Shown: positions 12,638 to 23,956, numbered from the stretch's first letter. The stretch: DNA of 64,000 nt from an uncultured Pelagibacteraceae bacterium (GCA_902518955.1 CABYIR010000003.1:17259-81258), one strand, 5' to 3'. A program made the numbers and translations. Notes: generated from the sequence alone by a model not told the origin.

Positions 12638-13555
12638 ATGAGTAATGACCTTAAACTTCTGGTTGATAACCTACATTTTTCAGAAGGGCCACGCTGGCAT
12701 GATGGAAGGTTTTGGTACTCAGATTTCTATCAAAAAGCTGTTTTTTGTGTTGATGAGTCGGGAAGTGTTGAAAAAGTAGTTGATATACCAAACCAACCAT
12801 CAGGTCTTGGATGGCTTCCAAACAATGATTTACTCATAGTGTCAATGCATGACCAAAAATTAATGAAATATAGCAATGGACAATTAACAGTCCATTCTGA
12901 CTTATCACATCTTACACAATTCACCTGTAATGATATGGTCGTAGATAGAGATGGCCATGCCTACATTGGAAATTTTGGAACAACGCAACATAATGTAAAT
13001 GTAAAACCAACTTGCTTAATTCATGTAACACCAGACGGTGTTGCGGATATTGCTGCAGAAAACTTAGAATTTCCAAATGGAACTGTAATTACACCTGATG
13101 GAAAGAGAATGATTTTAGGTGAAACCTATGCTGGTCGCTTAACTTCATTTGATATTAGCAATGACAAGTCGCTTTCGAATAGAAAAGTATGGGCTCAAAT
13201 GATGCCGTTACCCGTTTATTATTTTTCAAAAATTCAACGATTCTTTGGTGTAAGGGCAAAAGAGTCAACTTACAAAGTACGTGTCCCCGATGGAATTTGC
13301 TTAGACGAACAAATGGGCATATGGGTAGCTTCCCCTACTTCTACTGAAGTATTTCGAGTTGAAGAGGGAGGAAAAATTACAGACTCAATTCAAACACCCA
13401 ACAGAGCATTCGCATGCATGTTGGGAGGACAAGATCGAAAGACCTTATACATTTCTACTGCTCAAGAATCTACTCCGGAAGTTGCTAGTCAAAATAAATT
13501 TGGAAAAATATACACAACACGCGTTGATATTCCTGGTGCTGGTTGGCCGGCATAA
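12638..13555 (+). CDS. SMP-30/gluconolactonase/LRE family protein
   Basis: EGPRW, NDMVVD, FPNG, PDGICLD motifs; GGAG SD upstream. Confidence 0.9.
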   Translation: MSNDLKLLVDNLHFSEGPRWHDGRFWYSDFYQKAVFCVDESGSVEKVVDIPNQPSGLGWLPNNDLLIVSMHDQKLMKYSNGQLTVHSDLSHLTQFTCNDMVVDRDGHAYIGNFGTTQHNVNVKPTCLIHVTPDGVADIAAENLEFPNGTVITPDGKRMILGETYAGRLTSFDISNDKSLSNRKVWAQMMPLPVYYFSKIQRFFGVRAKESTYKVRVPDGICLDEQMGIWVASPTSTEVFRVEEGGKITDSIQTPNRAFACMLGGQDRKTLYISTAQESTPEVASQNKFGKIYTTRVDIPGAGWPA

Positions 13556-14164
13556 ATGTACAAAGTTTATGGACGCCCATTTGCTGGATCACTTATAGCT
13601 GAGTTCTTACTTAACGAAGCTGATGCTAATTACGAATTCATAAAAGTTGACTACGAAAGTTCAAAAAAAGATGATTTCTTAAAAAAAAGCCCAATGGGAA
13701 AAATACCTGTTTTGGAATGTCCAGACGGTCGTCTTGTTTTTGAAACAACTGCAATTGTAGCGCACATAGTTGAAACAAAAAATATACTTATACCAAAAAT
13801 TACTACGCCACAACGTGATCTCTACAATCAATCAATGTCAGTCATGTCGACTAGTATTTATCAGAATTATCATCACCAAAATCATAGTTATTATTATGTC
13901 TCAGAAGAAAATTATGATGACTTAAGAAATAGAGCCGCTGAAAGACAATTTACGATCTATAATTATATTGAAACAATTCTTAATCCATACCTTTGTGGCA
14001 GAGAACTTACTGCCGCTGATTTTTATTTATATATGATTGCAACATGGGATCATGATCGAAAAAAACTATTTACTAATAGGCCAAAATTATCAGCTCTTAT
14101 AAAAGGACTAAGCGAGAGACCATCAATAAAAACCGTTATTTCAAGTCATTCTAATAGCAGTTAA
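13556..14164 (+). CDS. Glutathione S-transferase family protein
   Basis: PMGKIPVL, FETTAI, LTAADFY motifs; ATG directly follows the upstream TAA. Confidence 0.88.
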   Translation: MYKVYGRPFAGSLIAEFLLNEADANYEFIKVDYESSKKDDFLKKSPMGKIPVLECPDGRLVFETTAIVAHIVETKNILIPKITTPQRDLYNQSMSVMSTSIYQNYHHQNHSYYYVSEENYDDLRNRAAERQFTIYNYIETILNPYLCGRELTAADFYLYMIATWDHDRKKLFTNRPKLSALIKGLSERPSIKTVISSHSNSS

Positions 14165-14165
14165 A

Positions 14166-17100
14166 TTAAAATTTATATTCTAGTGATAACGATAAGGAGT
14201 ATGAAGAGTATTTATCTGAGGACTTCTCTGCAGAAATTGCTACATCTGAACTAAGAGTGTTATCAGTATTTGTGCTTGTCAGCATGGAGTTTAATCTGAG
14301 GGTTGCCCTTCCCTTGAAATCAAAGCTTGGATCAAGCCTGCTGACATACACTTTATCAGGATTAGCTAGATAATTTACAAAAACATTTGATCTTCTTGTT
14401 AGATTTTCTTCAAACGATAAATCAAAGACCGGAACAAGAGATAGTTTATAAACTTTTTTATCTAAATTAATCTCGTTCATGCTTCTTATATCTGTTCCAA
14501 AGACAAATGACGATGTACTCACTGCTTGTGCATCCACATGCAAAGCCTCAACTCCTGGACTTTCATCATAAGCGCCCAATTCAATCTGACCAAAACTAAA
14601 TCGACCATACGGATTAAAACTAAGATTATTGTAATTAATGATCTTATTAAATCCTAACGAAGTATTATAATAATGGCCCGTACGATAGAATGTGTGAGTA
14701 GTCGAAGTTCCATTTGCAAATCGTGAGCCATCTATTTCAATGTCTCCATAAGTAAGAATTAAATCAACGTACTCATTATTATCAAGAGCTATATTGTGAT
14801 AGCTTGAAACTGATAACGAGTCTGAATAAACTTTACTTCTTTCAAACTGAACTGTGTTTTCTCCTCTAGATTCATGAATACCAAACCCTAACAAATAATC
14901 GTTAGAAATTTGTCTATCAAATCCAAAAGATAAGTCTTTTATTTTTGTCTTACTACCTAATTTTGTTCCTTCTGTCTCTACATCACCATAACTAACTGTT
15001 CCTGATGTCCAAATACTCCATTGAAGAATAGGATCGTATGCAAAGTTTACTTTGCTCCCAAAGATATCTACAAATTTTAAAAGATCTTCATTAGATCCAT
15101 TGTAACTAAGTTTTATTCCCTGATGAGATCGATTTCCACTGTTTCTTATAAATGAGAGACGTCCAAGAACTGTATCTCTTGTCTGTATCATTGCTACCTC
15201 TGTTGGTCCAGCTTGCTCTTTCAACACAGACTCGCTTTCGGCATCTTCAAATGGTGAGGCTAAGTACAACCAATCAAAAATAGCTTCTTCATTAATGTTG
15301 CCTACTGCGTCAGTAAACTTCCCACTCTCAACTTTAATTTGTTTTTGACCATTGCCACTTGGAGTAAATGTTGCTGTGTAACTTGTTCCACTGCCACTAA
15401 AACTTGAAATTGTTCCACCAGTAGTGACAATATCATCAACAGTGAAATCTGTCGCAGTTTCACTTAGAGTAAATGTTAAAGATAAAGAAGTGTCGTCTGA
15501 TACTGATGAGTTATTAACTTCTGAAGACGTAATAGACACAGATGGACGAGTTCCGTCATAAGTCCAAACAAACCGTGTTGCTGCCGTACTGAAATTACCA
15601 CTTGAGTCTGTAAAGACTCCTGCCTCAACATCGATATAAACATAACCATCGGCATTTGGTGTTACTGTTACTGTATATGAAGTACCACTTCCACTAAAAT
15701 TAGATAACGTTCCACCATCAATTTTTATATCATTTATAGTGAAATTAGATGTTGTTTCACTTGTAGAGAAGGCAACGGAAATTGTTGTGTCATTTGATGC
15801 CGAGCCACTTGATACAGTGGATGATGATATTGTGATCGATGGACTAGTACTGTCATATGTCCAATTAAATTGTGATGCGGCAGCACTATTGTTTCCAGCT
15901 ATATCAGTGAATGAACCAGCGTTTACATCTATTGTTGTTGCGCCATCTCCTGATGGCTTAAATCGTGCGGAATAAGTTGTTCCAGAACCAATAAAGCTGG
16001 ATAGAGTTCCTCCGCTTAGACTGATATCACCCGCTACAAAGTTTGTGGAGGATTCTGAAAGAGTAAATGTCAATACAATTGAAACATCGTTGCTTGTATC
16101 ACCATCATTTACTGTTGAAGATGTAATCGTTATCGTTGGAGCAACGGAGTCATATGTCCAGTTGAATTGAGATGCTGCAATATTATTGTTCGCACCATCA
16201 GTAAACGTACCTGCGCTTACATCAACTGTTGTTGCACCATTACTGGATGGAGTCAAGGTGGCTGTATATGATGCGCCACTACCACTAAAGTTTGAAATTG
16301 TTCCTCCACTTACTGTTATATCTCCCTCAGCAAAATTACTTACTGACTCAGAGATAGAAAATACCAGTCCGATAGAGCTATCATTAGTCACTGATCCATC
16401 TGTTACTCCACTAGTTGATGACGAAATCGCAATTAGTGGGGCGGTTCCATCATAAGACCATGTAAACGTGTTTGATACAGTATTATTGAATCCTGCTGCG
16501 TCTGTAAATTTATTAGCAGCAACTGTAACTGATGTCTGAGAAGATGAAATTGCAGTTAATATCGCTGAATAATTTGCCCCACTGCCTGTAAAGTTTGATA
16601 CTTGTGCATTTGCTATTGTTAAGTCATCAAGTCCAAAATCAGTGGAAGACTCACTTAGTGTAAATGTTAAATTGATCGATGTATCAGTAGTTGTTGATCC
16701 ACTTGAAACTGTTGATGAACTAATTGTTATTGATGGAGGCGTTGTGTCGTACAACCAATTAAATTGATTTGCCTCAGTGTTATTATTGCCAGCTTCATCA
16801 GTGAATGCTCCTGCATTGACATCAATGGAAGTGGCTCCTTGTCCAGAAGGTGTGAATGTTGCTGAATAAGATGTTCCACTTCCACTAAAGTTTGATATTG
16901 ACCCTCCACTAACAGTGATGTCACTAGATACAAAGTTTGTTGTGATTTCAGAAGTAGTAAATGTCAAAGCAATAGAACTGTCCTGTGAAGCATCACCATC
17001 ACTCACAGTTGAGGACTCAATAATTACTGAGGGTGCAACTTTATCAGATATGAAGTAAACATACCCAATACCCTCCCAAAGTGTACCTGTGTTCGTGAAT

Positions 17101-20100
17101 GAATAGGCTGAAGCATTATTGCCTGCTAAATCAGTTCCAAATTGATAACTGTAAGCATTTACATATTCGTCATTGGATGATGTATTGGTTGGAGTAAGTG
17201 TATAACTGTAAGTTGTTCCACTTCCAGAAAAATTTGAAACATCAGCATTCATAGTATCAATATCACTTATCTCAGCATCTATAATTTCTTCACCAAATAC
17301 TAACTCTACATTGATAGAAGATGCATTTGATCTTCGTATACCAATATCGTTTTGATAATCTGCCCGATAAAACGTATTTGGCGTTGATGTTGCTGATTGA
17401 ACTTCAGGTTGAGTTCGATCACTAGTGTAATTAAATTCAAGTGTGGCAAAGTTAGTGTTTCCAACTGAGTCGGTAAATAAATCTTCTGCAACACTAATTG
17501 CTTTTACCCCATCGCGTAAATTGCTATGGCTTTCAGCCGACGGGTGAAAACGTGCTGTATACGTGTCTCCACTTCCAGAAAAATGTGATATTGATCCGTT
17601 TGCAGTGACAGATATATCATTCGCCGTAAAACCAACAATATCTTCTGTTGCTTTAAAGGTAAGATTGATCCATCTACTATTTGTAATACCTCCATCTTCT
17701 AAATCAGCTAATGTACCTCTTCGAGGGCCTCCATACCACCACCCGTATACATAGCGTTGTGCTGTTATTGTCATGATTGGCTTTTCACCATCATAAGTCC
17801 AATTAAACTGAGTTGCAGCCGCTGAATTAGAATTGCCAGCACTATCAGTAAACTTACTAGTTCCGATATCAATTGTCGTATCAATAAGTAGAACTGTTGG
17901 TGTAAAGTTTGCTGTGTACGTAGTTCCGCTTCCAGTAAAATCTGAAATAACACCTCCGCTAACTGTTAAATCATCCTGTACAAAATCTGAAACGCTTTCA
18001 CTGAATGTGAACGTCAACGCGATATAACCATCATTTGATGCCACTCCATCACTAACTGTCGATGAATTAATTGCAACCGTTGGTGCTTTTGTATCGATTA
18101 CATAATTTGATGAAGAATAAGTCGAAGTCATTGCATTACCGTCACTGTCCGTAAAAGATGTATCAATGACTAAAGCATTAGAAGAAGCTTCAGTGTCAGA
18201 AGTTGGAGTAAATGTTCCTGTCCAAGTGATATTGTTACTCGTTGAAAGTGTTGAAAGTGATCCATTTGGCATTGAAACATCAGCATTAGCAAAGCCAGTT
18301 ACTGATTCTGAAAAAACAATTGTAACTGAAGACGTTTCTCCAATTTTCATCGCCGCATCACCAAATGATACTGAAGACACAGTGGGTCGAATTGTAGTTA
18401 CAGAATAATTAGCGGTTGTTGATGATGAGGATGGAGCGTTGCCCGCAGTATCGGTATATGAAGTTGCTAATGTTAAAATATTTGATGTATCATCCGTACT
18501 TGATGTAGGCGTAAATATTCCTGTCCAAGTAATGTTATCACTTGATGACATTGTTGTAAGCGATCCATTTTGAACAGTGATATCATCACCACTACTAAAA
18601 CTACTAACCGCTTCAGAAAAAACAAGAGTCACTGTCGTGGTTTCACCTGCATCCAAATCAGTATCCGCAAGAACAAAACTGCTTACAGAAGGTCTTATAG
18701 TTTCTACAGAATAATTTTCAGTAGTTGCAGAAGGCCCTGTATTGCCACCTAAGTCTGTATAGGTTGTTGCCAAAGATAATATGTTTGATGAATCTTCAAC
18801 ACTTGATGAGGGTGTTAATGTTCCAGTCCAAGTAATGTTATCACTAGTTGACATTGTTGTAAGAGATCCATTTTGAACAGTGATATCATCACCACTACTA
18901 AATCCTATAACCGCCTCAGAAAATACCAATGTTACAGTGGCTGTATCTCCTACTTTTAATACTGTATCTGATAATGTAAAACTTGATACAGTGACTGCTG
19001 TATTATCATATGTCCAATTAAATTGAGAAGCAGCAGAATTATTATTTCCAGCATTATCTGTAAACTTACTTGCTTCTACATCTATTGTTGTTGAGCCTTC
19101 GCCAGAAGGTGTAAACGTCGCGGTGTAAACTGTAGAGCTTGATGCTGAAAAATTTGATAAAGACCCGCCTGATACACTGATGTCGCCAACAGCAAAATTA
19201 CTTGTAGCTTCACTTGAAGTAAATGTTAAAGCAATTGAGCTATCGTTTGACGTGTCACCATCTGAAACCGTTGATGATGTAATCGCCATTGTTGGAGAAG
19301 TACTGTCATACGTCCAATTAAATTGGGATGCAGCAGTATTGCCATTTGAGGCTCCGTCTGTAAACACTCCTGCATTAACGTCAACCGTTGTAGTTCCATC
19401 ACTACTTGGCGTAAAAGTTGCGGTATAAACTGTAGAGCTTGATGCTGAAAAATTTGATAAAGACCCGCCTGATACACTGATGTCGCCAACAGCAAAATTA
19501 CTTGTAGCTTCACTTGAAGTAAATGTTAAAGCAATTGAGCTATCGTTTGACGTGTCACCATCTGACACTGTTGATGATGTAATAGCCATTGTTGGACTTG
19601 TTACATCGCCATCAAATCTTGAGGCAGGAACAATTGAGTAGGATGTCCCTCCAGATGTATCTTCATAAAGTTTTAATACTGCGCCACCACCATTCTCATA
19701 ATAATACACAGTTATTGAGTAAGCTTGGCCCCCAACTCCAGTCCATAATCCTGAGACATTATAATTTGATGGTCCTTGATCATGCCAATCGTCTAAAACA
19801 GTGGTTCCATCTATAATGACTTTAATTCCATCATCTACTCTTGCAGCAAATCTAATAGATGAAGAAACACCTGAGTCACCAGGGTGTGCATAAGTACCAG
19901 TAAATTTTACAATAACATCGTCTGATCGCCCTGAATCTAAAACTTGTCCATTCCCCCAATCGTAATTCAAATCAGAAACAGTCCCAGATGATTGGACAGA
20001 TGTATTATCTGGTGGATTAAAGTTAGGAGAGCCACCTCCTGAAGCACTTATAAAAGACTCATATGCTAGGTCCGCATATACGCTACTAGTTGAAATAAAT

Positions 20101-20177
20101 ATAAATAAAAAGACTAAAAATTTCTGCACAGCCAACATAAAGGCGAACATAACACTCAATGAAGTATTTTTATACAT
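14166..20177 (-). CDS. Large autotransporter adhesin: signal peptide, PA14 domain, 14 Ig-like repeats, C-terminal beta-barrel (true start may be Met14 at 20138)
   Basis: NYDWG...VDDG...YYENGGGA (PA14-like); about 100-aa Ser/Thr-rich repeats with TFSE and FNWTYD; barrel region ending LSLEYKF. Confidence 0.85.
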   Translation of the reverse strand: MYKNTSLSVMFAFMLAVQKFLVFLFIFISTSSVYADLAYESFISASGGGSPNFNPPDNTSVQSSGTVSDLNYDWGNGQVLDSGRSDDVIVKFTGTYAHPGDSGVSSSIRFAARVDDGIKVIIDGTTVLDDWHDQGPSNYNVSGLWTGVGGQAYSITVYYYENGGGAVLKLYEDTSGGTSYSIVPASRFDGDVTSPTMAITSSTVSDGDTSNDSSIALTFTSSEATSNFAVGDISVSGGSLSNFSASSSTVYTATFTPSSDGTTTVDVNAGVFTDGASNGNTAASQFNWTYDSTSPTMAITSSTVSDGDTSNDSSIALTFTSSEATSNFAVGDISVSGGSLSNFSASSSTVYTATFTPSGEGSTTIDVEASKFTDNAGNNNSAASQFNWTYDNTAVTVSSFTLSDTVLKVGDTATVTLVFSEAVIGFSSGDDITVQNGSLTTMSTSDNITWTGTLTPSSSVEDSSNILSLATTYTDLGGNTGPSATTENYSVETIRPSVSSFVLADTDLDAGETTTVTLVFSEAVSSFSSGDDITVQNGSLTTMSSSDNITWTGIFTPTSSTDDTSNILTLATSYTDTAGNAPSSSSTTANYSVTTIRPTVSSVSFGDAAMKIGETSSVTIVFSESVTGFANADVSMPNGSLSTLSTSNNITWTGTFTPTSDTEASSNALVIDTSFTDSDGNAMTSTYSSSNYVIDTKAPTVAINSSTVSDGVASNDGYIALTFTFSESVSDFVQDDLTVSGGVISDFTGSGTTYTANFTPTVLLIDTTIDIGTSKFTDSAGNSNSAAATQFNWTYDGEKPIMTITAQRYVYGWWYGGPRRGTLADLEDGGITNSRWINLTFKATEDIVGFTANDISVTANGSISHFSGSGDTYTARFHPSAESHSNLRDGVKAISVAEDLFTDSVGNTNFATLEFNYTSDRTQPEVQSATSTPNTFYRADYQNDIGIRRSNASSINVELVFGEEIIDAEISDIDTMNADVSNFSGSGTTYSYTLTPTNTSSNDEYVNAYSYQFGTDLAGNNASAYSFTNTGTLWEGIGYVYFISDKVAPSVIIESSTVSDGDASQDSSIALTFTTSEITTNFVSSDITVSGGSISNFSGSGTSYSATFTPSGQGATSIDVNAGAFTDEAGNNNTEANQFNWLYDTTPPSITISSSTVSSGSTTTDTSINLTFTLSESSTDFGLDDLTIANAQVSNFTGSGANYSAILTAISSSQTSVTVAANKFTDAAGFNNTVSNTFTWSYDGTAPLIAISSSTSGVTDGSVTNDSSIGLVFSISESVSNFAEGDITVSGGTISNFSGSGASYTATLTPSSNGATTVDVSAGTFTDGANNNIAASQFNWTYDSVAPTITITSSTVNDGDTSNDVSIVLTFTLSESSTNFVAGDISLSGGTLSSFIGSGTTYSARFKPSGDGATTIDVNAGSFTDIAGNNSAAASQFNWTYDSTSPSITISSSTVSSGSASNDTTISVAFSTSETTSNFTINDIKIDGGTLSNFSGSGTSYTVTVTPNADGYVYIDVEAGVFTDSSGNFSTAATRFVWTYDGTRPSVSITSSEVNNSSVSDDTSLSLTFTLSETATDFTVDDIVTTGGTISSFSGSGTSYTATFTPSGNGQKQIKVESGKFTDAVGNINEEAIFDWLYLASPFEDAESESVLKEQAGPTEVAMIQTRDTVLGRLSFIRNSGNRSHQGIKLSYNGSNEDLLKFVDIFGSKVNFAYDPILQWSIWTSGTVSYGDVETEGTKLGSKTKIKDLSFGFDRQISNDYLLGFGIHESRGENTVQFERSKVYSDSLSVSSYHNIALDNNEYVDLILTYGDIEIDGSRFANGTSTTHTFYRTGHYYNTSLGFNKIINYNNLSFNPYGRFSFGQIELGAYDESPGVEALHVDAQAVSTSSFVFGTDIRSMNEINLDKKVYKLSLVPVFDLSFEENLTRRSNVFVNYLANPDKVYVSRLDPSFDFKGRATLRLNSMLTSTNTDNTLSSDVAISAEKSSDKYSSYSLSLSLEYKF
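19126..19565. repeat. 140-bp perfect direct repeat (19126-19265 = 19426-19565), period 300 bp, inside Ig repeats 1-2
   Basis: Sequence lines 19141/19441 and 19201/19501 are identical. Confidence 0.95.
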
Positions 20178-20199
20178 AGTAATTAGTACTAATTACTAT
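20176..20199. promoter_or_regulatory. Perfect 24-bp palindrome ATAGTAATTAGT|ACTAATTACTAT at the 5' end of the adhesin gene (operator or hairpin)
   Basis: The palindrome is read directly; its function is inferred. Confidence 0.55.
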
Positions 20200-20249
20200 T
20201 TAAAGTAATCTCTTTTTTACATTTTTTATGAGAAGTCTTAAAGAATTTA

Positions 20250-20621
20250 CTAATACTTTTTTTTCAAAGGTAGTTGTGAATTTAACCATCCTTTATTACC
20301 TTCAAATCCATCAACAACATTAATGCATTTATAATCCTCATGACTCAACATATCGGATGCCAAGGCGGATCGAACACCAGATTTACAAATAAATGCTATT
20401 TCAAACTCCTTTTCAATATTAAGACTAAGAATATCATTTACAAAATTACCATTTAAGGATCCTTCATTGTTTTTTATTGATACAAAATATGTCTTAAGAC
20501 CAATTTGATCACCGTCTGGTTTGCCGACTGTCTCCCACTCTCGTTCAGTTCGAACATCAATTAAGATACATCTGCTATTATTACTATACTCAATTAGTTC
20601 ATTTGGTGTCATCTCTTTCAT
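20250..20621 (-). CDS. Single-domain rhodanese (sulfurtransferase)
   Basis: LIDVRT, ICKSGVRS active-site loop, DGFEG..GW. Confidence 0.92.
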   Translation of the reverse strand: MKEMTPNELIEYSNNSRCILIDVRTEREWETVGKPDGDQIGLKTYFVSIKNNEGSLNGNFVNDILSLNIEKEFEIAFICKSGVRSALASDMLSHEDYKCINVVDGFEGNKGWLNSQLPLKKKY

Positions 20622-21274
20622 TATATTTTCCTCATTGTTGCTCTATAAAGTCGTCTAGGGAAACTTCCTTCTTCAAAAGTACTCATATCGAGTAATTCAA
20701 AGCCTCTCAACAATTTTTTAATTCTTTCCTTGGAAAAGAAATGAACAATAAATCCATTGCTTTCATATAAATCTTCTCCTCGATGGATTCCATTTTGATA
20801 GTCTCCATCTTCTATATTTCTAACAGTAAATACATTTAACCCACCCTGTTTAAGAACTCTATGAACTTCATTATTTAAATTCTCTATTTCTTCAAAAGTG
20901 AGAGCCATACAATATAACATATGGGAATAGCACCCATCGATGCTATTATCTTCGAAAGGAAGTCTTTCTCTAACATCGCAAAGCTGAGCGTTTACTCTAT
21001 TTAGTAATTCAAACTCAGACACTTTTTCGCTAATTTTATTTATACCTGAGGGACTATAATCTAATGCATGAACATAGATATCGTTTTTTGCAAATAAAAA
21101 TGAGTCTCTTCCCTGGCCGGCGCCAAGTTCAATCATATTTTTTACATTATTTTTTTTAAAAATTTCTAGAGTATAGCTAGCGGGGTCGCTTGAACTTATA
21201 CCAAACATCTCAGGCTTATTTGAGAAATTATTTTCCCAATGCTGAGATTGTTTGTTTAAAAGATCCTTGTCCAA
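20621..21274 (-). CDS. Class I SAM-dependent methyltransferase
   Basis: IELGAGQGRD motif I, ALDYS, LPFEDNSID; TTG start. Confidence 0.9.
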   Translation of the reverse strand: MDKDLLNKQSQHWENNFSNKPEMFGISSSDPASYTLEIFKKNNVKNMIELGAGQGRDSFLFAKNDIYVHALDYSPSGINKISEKVSEFELLNRVNAQLCDVRERLPFEDNSIDGCYSHMLYCMALTFEEIENLNNEVHRVLKQGGLNVFTVRNIEDGDYQNGIHRGEDLYESNGFIVHFFSKERIKKLLRGFELLDMSTFEEGSFPRRLYRATMRKI

Positions 21275-21275
21275 A

Positions 21276-21935
21276 TTATTTTGATGGATCAGGAACTTTT
21301 CTTAAATAAGGCTTTACTGTTTCCCATCCATCAGGATAGATTTCTTTTGCCTGTTCGTCTTTAACAGCTGGAAGAATTACGACATCCTCACCTTTTTGCC
21401 AGTTTGCAGGTGTAGCAACTTTATGATTTGCTGTCAGTTGCATTGAGTCAATAGCTCTCAAGATTTCATTAAAATTTCGTCCTGTTGCCATTGGATAAGT
21501 TAAAAATAATCCAATTCTTTTATCAGGTCTAATAACGAATACCGTTCTCACTGTCTCATTATCAACTGCGGTACGACCCATTGAAGATTCTCCTGCATCT
21601 CCTTCAAGCATATTGAATAATTTTGCAATTTTTAAATCTTCATCAGCTATGATTGGATAGTTCGGCTTAATACCAGCAACATCTTCGATATCGTTTAGCC
21701 AATTTTTATGGTCTTCAACTCCATCAACACTTAAACCAATAACTTTCACATTTCTTGCATCAAAATCTCTTTTCATGTGAGCTAATGAGCCAAGTTCAGT
21801 TGTACAAACAGGTGTGAAATCTTTTGGATGAGAAAATAATACACCCCAACTGTCTCCAAGCCATTCGTGAAACGATATGTCGCCTTCTGATGTTTTAGCT
21901 TCAAAGTCAGGGCACATACTATTTATTTTTAACAT
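21276..21935 (-). CDS. 1-Cys peroxiredoxin (Prx6 family)
   Basis: FSHPKDFTPVCTTE, TGRNFNE, VATPANW. Confidence 0.95.
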   Translation of the reverse strand: MLKINSMCPDFEAKTSEGDISFHEWLGDSWGVLFSHPKDFTPVCTTELGSLAHMKRDFDARNVKVIGLSVDGVEDHKNWLNDIEDVAGIKPNYPIIADEDLKIAKLFNMLEGDAGESSMGRTAVDNETVRTVFVIRPDKRIGLFLTYPMATGRNFNEILRAIDSMQLTANHKVATPANWQKGEDVVILPAVKDEQAKEIYPDGWETVKPYLRKVPDPSK

Positions 21936-22138
21936 ATTCTAACTCCTCTTATTGTTTAGAATTATTGTAATCTACAAGTTTATATTTTAAAAGTATTCAA
22001 GTTCAATATCAGGAATTAAAATCAAGTATTTTTTGGTTATTTTCATGGAATATTATACTTAAATATTCAGAGTATCCATTTAAGTCTTAAAAATTGAAAA
22101 ATTGTTTTAATTTATCGAATATTAAGTAGTCTTTAGTA

Positions 22139-22834
22139 ATGATTTTTGAACAATTATTTGACGATAAATCATCTACATATACCTACATCATTTCAAGTGG
22201 CAAAGGACGGGAAGCATTAATTATCGATCCAGTAATAGAACATTCAGATTATTATATTAAAATTTTAGATAAATTAGAATTAAGTCTCGTGAAGGTAATT
22301 GATACACATATCCATGCTGATCATATAACAGCATTAAATGAACTAAGTAAAAGAACAGGTTGCGCTAAAGTGATGGGAGAAAATTCAAAATCTGAAGTTA
22401 TTGATTTTAAAGTTAAAGATGAGGAAACAGTTAATATTGAAAATATTGAATTAAAGGCAATTTACACACCTGGCCATACCGATGACTCATATTGCTTTAT
22501 TATGAAAGATAGAATATTCACAGGTGATACTCTTTTAATTAACGGGACAGGTCGAACAGATTTTCAAAATGGCAGTCCTCATGATGCATATCATTCGTTA
22601 TTCGATCGTGTTCTAAGCCTGCCAGATGAAACAATCGTATATCCTGCTCATGATTATAATCAAAAACGATCATCAACAATTGGTGATGAAAAGAAGAATA
22701 ACCCGAGACTTCAAGTAAATAACGCAGATGAATATGCCGAGATCATGAATAATTTAAATTTAGCAAATCCTAAAATGATGGACATTGCGGTTCCAGCAAA
22801 TTTAAAAGGTGTCACCTTGAAAGAATTGGATTAA
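22139..22834 (+). CDS. ETHE1-like persulfide dioxygenase (MBL fold)
   Basis: STYTY, THIHADHIT, TPGHT, GRTDFQ, YPAHDY, NPRL, AVPANL. Confidence 0.9.
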   Translation: MIFEQLFDDKSSTYTYIISSGKGREALIIDPVIEHSDYYIKILDKLELSLVKVIDTHIHADHITALNELSKRTGCAKVMGENSKSEVIDFKVKDEETVNIENIELKAIYTPGHTDDSYCFIMKDRIFTGDTLLINGTGRTDFQNGSPHDAYHSLFDRVLSLPDETIVYPAHDYNQKRSSTIGDEKKNNPRLQVNNADEYAEIMNNLNLANPKMMDIAVPANLKGVTLKELD

Positions 22835-22840
22835 AATACC

Positions 22841-23464
22841 CTAATCTCTTTGAATAGAATTATCATACAATTTAATAACTTTCAGATAATAAACGACATA
22901 GACCATCGAAACCAATGGATATATCAGAACTGGTCCCATTAAATAAATATAAATGCCAATACTTGGTATAAATGCAAATACTTCAAACATAATGTATATC
23001 AAATGAGTCAAGCCAAGAATTCCTGCTGTTTTCCACCAGCCAGCAGAATGAATAAGAGATCTCGATCTTGAAAACGCTTCTCTCACATTCATATTTTGAT
23101 CAATAATTAAATAAAATATAAACGACCATACAATGATTAAATATATGCCAGGAAGTAAAAATATTATGAGTCCCATTACAATTGCTAAACAACTGATAAT
23201 AGACGCAAACAATAAAGGGCCAAAATTTTGGAATCCTTTAGCGTAAATAGATCCGAACTTTGGGTGCTTGCCTTTGGCGATTTGAATTAAGAAATGATAA
23301 TACCCCCCAAGAAGAGCTGGTAAGGCAAGGATACCAACAACTGTAATACCTAGAAGAATTGAACTTACAATATAAAGAAGAGTATTGACTAAGATCAGAA
23401 AATAATTTTTAGCACCCAGTTTGAAACCCTCATAAAAGGTTTCTATAATTGAGATATTTGTCAT
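22841..23464 (-). CDS. Membrane protein of unknown function (DUF975-like)
   Basis: Several hydrophobic segments; LLPGIY and EAFSRSR patterns. Confidence 0.7.
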   Translation of the reverse strand: MTNISIIETFYEGFKLGAKNYFLILVNTLLYIVSSILLGITVVGILALPALLGGYYHFLIQIAKGKHPKFGSIYAKGFQNFGPLLFASIISCLAIVMGLIIFLLPGIYLIIVWSFIFYLIIDQNMNVREAFSRSRSLIHSAGWWKTAGILGLTHLIYIMFEVFAFIPSIGIYIYLMGPVLIYPLVSMVYVVYYLKVIKLYDNSIQRD

Positions 23465-23469
23465 TCGAT

Positions 23470-23886
23470 TTAAATATAGATTTTATTGGATAGCCCCAAT
23501 ATAAGTACTATTGATGATATAAGTGTAAATGTATTAATTCCAAGATCAGTAATTGAATTCTTCGCAGTTATATTTTTATCAATCTTTTTAAAATAAAATA
23601 GAAGATCATAAATAAAAAGAAAGAGTCCAAGAAGAAATATTAAATTATAATAGATAAATCCACCTTCTGGTCCATTTGGTCGAAAAACCATGTAAATACC
23701 AATTAAGAAAAATGAAGCTATAAAAGTCCCAAAACATCGAATAATATAGATGCTGCTTTCATCCATATTAAATTCCTTAGCCATTCCATGAGGTGCCAAA
23801 AGAGCTCTATAAGAAAAAACACCAAATAAGCCAGTTACGAGTAAATGTAGGACAAGAAGATAGATATTGTTAAAATTTTCAATCAT
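23470..23886 (-). CDS. Four-TM hypothetical membrane protein
   Basis: 138 aa with four hydrophobic helices; fills the gap between genes. Confidence 0.75.
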   Translation of the reverse strand: MIENFNNIYLLVLHLLVTGLFGVFSYRALLAPHGMAKEFNMDESSIYIIRCFGTFIASFFLIGIYMVFRPNGPEGGFIYYNLIFLLGLFLFIYDLLFYFKKIDKNITAKNSITDLGINTFTLISSIVLILGLSNKIYI

Positions 23887-23956
23887 TCTTAACTATAATT
23901 GAGTTATAAAAAAAAGACAAATCACTCATTGATTTACCGCAAAATAAGGCTAATTA

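Noticed and set aside
14166-20177. Repeats considered as a CRISPR array or DGR template/variable pair
   Set aside because: The repeats are in-frame 300-bp protein modules with no spacers; differences are not adenine-specific; no cas or reverse transcriptase gene
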